Source: the human T2T-CHM13v2.0 reference genome, Homo sapiens. From it: a DNA stretch of 64,000 bases. The notes beneath the pieces are model-generated. The model was not told the origin of the DNA. It made no database searches and saw only the letters and a list, made by a program, of their open reading frames with translations. The translations under genes were made by a program, and so were the position numbers. This document shows, in pieces, positions 55,924 to 64,000 of the stretch. Numbering within the stretch: the first letter of the stretch is position 1; each line of letters opens with the position of its first letter. The stretch is from the NCBI RefSeq assembly GCF_009914755.1, contig NC_060938.1; one strand, 5' to 3'.

Positions 55924-58273
55924 ATCTTAAGTGTACCATGAGATTCACTAAATCATACATGTGAGTAACCTACACACCTATCAAGATATAGAATATGACC
56001 CTGACCCTGAAAACTGTACTCAAGCCTCTTTCCAGGAAGTCTTCTCTTCTAGAGGCAGTGACTATTCCAATTTTCTTCCAACTAGTTTTGCCTGTTATAC
56101 AACTTTATATAAATTGAACTGTACAGTATATTCTCTTTCATGTAAGACTTCTTTTACTCAGCGTAATGTTTTTGAGATACATAGGTTGTATGTATCAGTA
56201 CTTTTTTTTTTTTTTTTTTTTTTAAGATTCAGGGTCTCACTCTGTCGCCCAGGCTGGGGTGCAGTGGTGATCTTAAGTGTACCATGAGATTCACTAAATC
56301 ATACTGTGTCCAAAATTGGTGGGTTCTTGGTCTCACTGACTTCCAGAATGAATCCGCGGACCCTCGCGGTGAGTGTTACAGTTCTTAAAGATGGTGTGTC
56401 TGGAGTTTGTTCCTTCTGATGTTCGGACGTGTTCGGAGTTTCTTCCTTCTGGTGGGTTCGTGGTCTCACTGGCTTCAGGAGTGAAGCTGCAGACCTCCGT
56501 GGTGAGTGTTACAGTGCTTAAGGCAGTGCGTCTGGAGTTGTTCATTCCTCCCGTCTGGAGTTGTTCATTCCTCCCAGTGGGCGCGTGGTCTTGCTGGCCT
56601 CAGGAGTGAAGCTGCAGACCTTTGCAGTGAGTGTTACAGCTCATAAAGGCAGTGTGGACCCAAAGCGTGAGAAGCAGCAAGATTTATTGCAAAGAGTGAA
56701 AGAACAAAGCTTCCACAGTGTGGAAGGGGACCTGAGCGGGTTGCCACTGCTGACTGGGGCAGCCTGCTTTTATTCCCTTATCTGGCCCCACCCACATCCT
56801 GCTGATTGGTCAGTTTTACAGAGAGCTGATCGGTCCGTTTTACAGAGAGCTGATTGGTGCGTTTACAATCCCTGAGCTAGACACAGATTGCTGATTGGTG
56901 TATTTACAATCCTCTAGCTAGATGTAAAAGTTCTCCAAGGCCCCACTAGATTAGCCAGACACAGAGCACTGATTGGTGTGTTTACAAACCTTGAGCTAGA
57001 CACAGAGTGCTGATTGGTGCTTTTACAAACCTTGAGCTAGACACAGAGTGCTGATTGGTATCTTTAAAATCCTTCAGCTAGACATAAAAGTTCTCTAAGT
57101 CCCCACCAGATTAGCTAGATACAGAGTGCTGATTGGTGCGTTTACAAATCTTGAGCTGGACACAGAGCACTGATTGGTGCATTTACAATCCTTTAGCTAG
57201 ACACAAAAGTTCTCCAAGTCCCCACCAGATTAGCTAGATACAGAGTGCTGATTGGTGCATCTACAACCCCCACTCTCCCACTAGACACAGAGTGCTGATT
57301 GGTTTATATACAATCCTCCCCTAGACATAAAAGTTCTCTCAAGTCCCCAACTGACTCAGGAGCCCAGCTGGCTTCCCCTAGTGAATCCTGTGCTGGGGAC
57401 ACGCTAGCAGAGCTGCCTGCCAGTCCCGCGCAGGCACGCCCACACCCCTCAGTCCTTGGGCAGTGGATGGGACTGGGCGCCTAGGAGCAGGGGGCGGCGC
57501 CGGTCGGGTAGGGTCGGGCTGGCGGGAGCCCGGGGCGGGGCTTGGGCATGGCTGGCTGCAGGTCCCCAGCCCTGCCACACGGGGAGGCGGCTGAGGCCCA
57601 GCAAGAATTCAAGCTCCGCGGGGGCAGGCCAGCAGTGCTGGGGGACGCGGCGCATCCTCCGCAGCTGCTGGCCCGGGTGCTAAACCCCTCACTGCCCGGG
57701 CCGGCGGTGCCGGCGGGCTGCTCTCAGTGCGGGACCTCGGAGCCTGCGCCCACCCGGAACTAGCCGCGTTCAGCCCTGGTTCCCGCCCCCGCCTCTCCCG
57801 CCACACCTCTCCACAAGCAGAGGGAGCTGGCTTCAGCCTCAGCCAGCACAGAGAGGGGCCCCCACAGCGCAGTGGCGGGCTGAAGGGCTCCTTGAGCATG
57901 GCCAGAGTGGACGCCAAGGCTGAGGAGGCGCCGAGAGCCAGTGAGGGCTGCTAGCATGTTGTCACCTCTCAATACATGTGAGTAACCTACACACCTATCA
58001 AGATATAGAACATTACCCCCACCCCGAAAAGTGTACCCAAGCCCCTTCCCAGGAAATAATCTCCTTTAGAGGCAATGACTATTCTGATTTTCTTCCAACT
58101 AGTTTTGCCTGTTATAGAACTTTATATCCATTGAACTGTACTCTTTCATGTAAGACTTCTTTTACTCAGCATAATGTTTTTGAGATACATAGGTTGTATG
58201 TATCAGTAATTTTTTTTTGTTTGCTTTTAGATTCAGGATCTCACTCTGTCACCCAGGCTGGGGGGCAGTGGTG
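55924..58273. repeat. 346-bp tandem duplication (copy 1 55924-56269; copy 2 56270-56304 + 57976-58273)
   Basis: atcttaagtgtaccatgagattcactaaatcatac starts both copies; both end in the Alu segment ...cccaggctgggg(t/g)gcagtggtg. Confidence 0.9.
56305..57971 (-). mobile_element. LTR12-family (HERV9) solo LTR
   Basis: Reverse start tgagaggtgacaacatgctagcag, GC/CpG-rich U3, about 10 gctgattggt (CCAAT) repeats, U5 tandem repeats, perfect TSD atac. Confidence 0.93.
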
Positions 58274-58407
58274 CAGTCATAGCTCACTGCAGACTTGAGC
58301 TCCTGAGCTCAAGGAATTCTCCTGCCTCAGCCTTTCAAGTAGCTAGCACTACTGGTATGCATCACGACCTCTGGCTAATTTTTTATGTTTTTCAGTAGAG
58401 ACAGGGT
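58210..58407 (-). mobile_element. AluJ, 5'-truncated
   Basis: 'tcatagctcactgcagacttgagctcctgagctcaagg'. Confidence 0.85.
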
Positions 58408-58702
58408 TATTATTATTATTATTATTATTTTGTGACAGATTCTCACTCTGTTGCCCAGGCTGGAGTGTGGTGGCACGATCTTGGCTCACTGCAACCTCCG
58501 CCTCCTGGGTTCAAGTGATTCTCCTGCCTTAGTAGCTGGGACGACAGGCGTGTGCCATCACGCCAGCTAATTTTTGTATTTTTAGTAGAGACAGGGTTTC
58601 ACTATGTTGGACAGGCTAGTCTCGAACTCCTGACCTCAGGTGATCTGCCCGCCTCGGCCTCCCAGAGTGCTAGGATTATAGGCGTGAGCCACCTCATCTG
58701 GC
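58408..58702 (-). mobile_element. Alu (AluS-type) with (TTA)n tail
   Basis: TSD cagggt(t/c)attatt. Confidence 0.9.
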
Positions 58703-59104
58703 AGGGTCATTATTTTTTAAAAGTCTTTAAATTACCAAGTAATATTCCATTGTATAGATATACTAAATTCTAAAAATCCATTCTTCAGTTGAAGCACACC
58801 TGGGCTGTTTCCAGTTTCTGGCTATTGTGAACAAAGCTACTATGAATATTCCTGTGAAGGTCTTTTTGTTGATACACACACGCACACACTCAATTATATG
58901 ACTGATATTTTTGGGTCATAGAATATTTACATTTAGTTTTTGTTTTTAAAAAAACTGCTGTACTTTTCCCCAAAATGATTATACCATTTACACTCCCACC
59001 AAAAATCTGTTGCTTCATATCTTCATCAATATTTGGTATTGTGTGAGTTTTAAATTGTAGACATTCTGGTGGATGTGTAATAGTGTTTCATTATGGTCTC
59101 ATAA

Positions 59105-59245
59105 AATTTTGGTTTACTAGTCTTTCTCTGCAGACTTTGAACTTCCTGAAGACAGACATTTTATTCATATCTTCTGTACCTAATAATGTCTGATATAGAG
59201 TAGGGCTCAACAAATATTTGTTAAATTGAACTGATCTGAATTGAA
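59105..59245 (+). mobile_element. L2 3' end
   Basis: 'gactttgaacttcctgaagacagac...gtagggctcaacaaatatttgttaaattgaa'. Confidence 0.75.
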
Positions 59246-59319
59246 TCCTCCTGTACGTAGCAAATAAAAAAACCCACTTCTTTCCTCACTTTATCCCTTT
59301 AATCAAAAGGCAGGGTGAG

Positions 59320-59636
<317 letters not shown>

Positions 59637-59754
59637 AGAATGAGCTCTTCTGTTATAAGCAGTAACATTTAAATTAAGATTAGGGTGCTATCCACCTGGA
59701 GTGATTTGGGGCTCAAAGCATCTCTTTCCCTAAATATTTGTTCCATTGCTCCTC

Positions 59755-60093
<339 letters not shown>

Positions 60094-60590
60094 TAACATT
60101 ATTGCATTCTTTACACATTTTTCAAATTGACAAGTAACAATCGTTAATATTCATGGGGTACACAGTGATGTTTTGATACATATAATGTACAGTGATCAGA
60201 TCAAGGTAATTAGCATCCATCATCTCAAACATTTATCATATTTTTGTGTTGGAACATTTAACATCCTCCTTTTAGCTATTTGAAACTGTGATATATTATT
60301 GTTAACTTTAGTCATCCTGCAGTGATATAGAACAATAGAATTTATTCCTGCTATCTAGCTGCAATTTTGTATCCTTTAACAAGTCTCTCCCTCTCCATCT
60401 CTTCCTCCTACACTTCCCAGTCTCCAGTATCCTCTGTTCTACTTTTCACCTCTATGAGATCAACTTTTTTTAGCTTCCACATATGAAAGTTAAACACCTT
60501 TCTGTTTCTGGCTTATTTCACTTAACATAATGTTTTCCAGTTCCATCCATGTTGCCATGAATGACAGGATTTCTTTATGTGGCTAACTAG

Positions 60591-60936
<346 letters not shown>

Positions 60937-62978
60937 TATACCACATTTTCTTTATCAATTTCTCTGTCGTTAGACAACTAGGTCAATTCCTTATCTTGGC
61001 TATTATGAATAATGTTGTAATAAATATGGGGGTTCAGGTGTCTCTTTGATATAATGACTTCATTTTCTTTGGGTACATTCCCAGCAGTGGGATTGCTGGA
61101 TCATATGTCAGTTACATTTGTAGTTTTTCTGAGGAAACTCTATACTGTTCTCCATAGCAGTTGTACTAGTTTATATTCCCACCAATAGTATATGAGTTCC
61201 CTTTTCTTTACATTCTTGCCAGTATTTGTTATTTTTTAGTTCCTTGTATATTCTGAATATGAATTGTCTGATGAATGAATAGTTTGCAAATATTTTCTCC
61301 CATTCTGGGGGTTGTCTTTTCATTCTGCTGATTGTTTCCTTTGCTGTGCAGAAGCTATTTAGTTTGATATAATCTCATTTGTTTATTTTTGCTTTTGTCG
61401 TCTGTGCTTTGAGGTCTTATTTATAAAATATTTTATCAGACTAATGTCCTAAAGTGTTTCCCCTATTTTCTTCTAGTTGTTTTATTGTCCTGGGTCTTAC
61501 ATTTAGGTCTTTGATCCATTTTCAGTTGATTTTTGTACAGGATAAGAGGTGGAGGTCTAGTTTTATGCTTCTTCATACAGATATACAGTTTTTCTGGGAT
61601 CATTTATTGAAGAGACTTGCTTTCCCCAATGAGTGTTATTGGCACCTTTGTCAAAAATCAGTTAACTGTAGATACGTGGATCAATTTCTGGGGTCTTAAT
61701 TTTATTCAGTTGGTCTATGTATTTGTTTTTATATCATGTTGTTTTGATTATTTTGAGATCTGGTACTGTGATACTTTCAGCTTTGCTCTTTTTTTGTGCA
61801 GGATTATTTTAGAAACTTGGGCTCTTTTTTGGTCCCATACAAATTTTAGATTTTTTTTTTTTTTCTGTAAAGAATGTCATTGGTATTTTCATAGGAATTG
61901 TGTTAAATTTATAGATCTTTTTGGGGTAAGTATTGTCATTTTAACAATACTAATTTTTCTGGTCCATGAGCATGGCTTGTCTTTTTCATTTGTTTATGTC
62001 TTCTTCAGTTTCTTTCATCAGTGTTTTGTGGTTTTCCTTGTAGAGATCTTTCACCTCCTTGGTTAGATTTATTCCTAGATATTTTATTTTATTTTATTTT
62101 TGGTAGCTATTGTAAATGAGATTGCCCTCCTGTTTTTTTTTTTTCCAGATAGTTTGTTGTTTCTGAAAATAAATGATTTTTGTTTATTCTGTATCCCACA
62201 ACCTTACTGAATTTGTTTACTGGTTCTAAGAGTTTTTTTGTAGAATCAATCTTTTGGTTTTTCTATATATAAGGTCTTATCATATATAAACAGGGACAAT
62301 TTGACTTCTTTCTTTTCAATTTGGTTGCCCTATGTTTCTTTCTATTGCCTAATTGCTCTGGCTAAGACTTCCAGTACTATGTTGAATAAGAGTGGTGTGC
62401 ATGGACAACCTTGTTTTGTTCCAGTTCTCAGAGGAAAAGTTTTCAACTTTTTTCCACTCTGTAAGGTGTTAGCTGTGGGTTTGTCATATACAACCTTTAT
62501 TATGTTGAGATGCTTTTCTTCTATACTTAATTTATTAAGCAGTTTTATCATGAAGGGATATTGAATTTTTTTCAATTTTTTTCAGCATCTATTGAGATGA
62601 TATGTTTTTTCTTCTTCATTCTATAGATATGATGTATAATATTTATTGATTTATATATATTAAACCATCCTTGTATTCTTAGGATAAATCTCACTTGCTC
62701 ATAATGTATTTATCTTTTTGATATGTTGTTGGATTCAGTTTGCTAGTATTTTGTTGAGGATTTTTATGTTTATATTCATCAGGGATATTGGCTTATAGGG
62801 AGTTGGCTTATATTTTTGTTGTGTCCTTGTCTGGTTTTGGTACCAAGGTTATGCTGGCTTTGTAGAATGAGTTAGAAAGAATTCCCTCTGCTTCAATTTT
62901 TGGAAATGCTTTGAGAATAACTGCTATTATTCTTTAAAGGTTTGGCAGAATACAGTGGTGAGGGCACCTGGTCCCGAA

Positions 62979-63277
62979 TTTTTTTTTTTTTTTTTTTTTT
63001 TTTTTGAGACACAGCCTCCCTCTGTCACCCGGGAAGTGGTATGATCTCGGCTCACTGTAACCTCCACCTCCTAGGTTCAAGTGATTCTTCTGCCTCAGCC
63101 TCCTGAGTAGCTGGGATTACAGGCGTGTGCCACCACACCCCCCTAATTTCTGTTTTTTTAGTAGAGACAGGGTTTCACCATGTTGGTCAGGCTGGTCTCG
63201 ATCTCCTGACCTTGTGATCCGCCTGCCTCAGCCTCCCAAAGTGCTGGGATTACAGGTATGAGCCACCGTGCCCGGCC
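62979..63277 (-). mobile_element. Alu in L1
   Basis: Poly-T, antisense dimer ending gcccggcc. Confidence 0.95.
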
Positions 63278-63471
63278 TGAACTTTTTTTTTTTGGAAGAT
63301 TTTTATTACTGATTCATTCTTGTTACTTGTTATTGGTCTTCTGTTCAGGTTTTCTATTTCTTCTTGGTTCAATCTTGGTAGATTGTATGTATCCAGTAAT
63401 TTATCCATTTTTCTCTAGGTTTTCAAATTTATCTATTAGTGTATAGTTGTTCATTGTAGTCTCCGATGATC

Positions 63472-63785
<314 letters not shown>

Positions 63786-64000
63786 TCTGCCGATCTTTTC
63801 TTTTTCTGTAATATCCATTGTCATGTCTCCTTCTTCATTTCTAATTTTATTTATTTGAGTCTTCTCTCTTTTTTTCTTAGTCTAGCTAATGGTTTGTAAA
63901 TTTTGTTTATCTTTCCCAAAAGCCAACTTTTTGTTTCATTAAACTTTTTAATTTTTTTATTTTTGTTATTCTCAATTTTGTTTATTTCTGCTTTGATCCT

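Larger units (their letters stand above)
55620..59100 (-). mobile_element. Old L1M 3' region, disrupted by a duplication, LTR12 and Alus
   Basis: 'gaaatgcacaaatcttaagtgtac', 'cttttactcagcataatgtttttgagat', 'cacctgggctgtttccagtttctggctattgtgaacaaagct'. Confidence 0.75.

Noticed and set aside
57299-57972. GC-rich ORF cluster / CpG island as a host gene promoter
   Set aside because: Fully explained by LTR12 U3.

Overview
Primate (human-like) genomic DNA made up mostly of transposable elements. It has about 35 Alu/FLAM copies, MIR/L2/MER2/MER5 relics, a near full-length old L1 (L1PB-like), L1PA and L1M fragments, and an unusually dense set of endogenous retroviral LTRs. The main element is a 6.3 kb minus-strand HERV-IP10F(H)-type provirus (15702-21972) with a tRNA-Pro PBS, a polypurine tract and a decayed env. 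Its 5' LTR10F carries an expanded 28-bp AP-1 (TGAGTCA) VNTR with 8 units, against 2 in the 3' LTR. No intact protein-coding gene, tRNA, rRNA or CRISPR array is supported, and almost all listed ORFs are Alu/L1/LTR translation artefacts. Several small structural events can be read directly from the sequence: a 67-bp locally templated insertion in an Alu tail microsatellite, a 27-bp TSD-flanked micro-retroposon, a probable L1 3' transduction, a 346-bp tandem duplication split by LTR12, and interlocked inverted repeats. A speculative chain of minus-strand splice-bounded segments might be a decayed gene. Repeat subfamily names come from recalled consensus sequences, not a database search, and boundaries are approximate unless a TSD is quoted.
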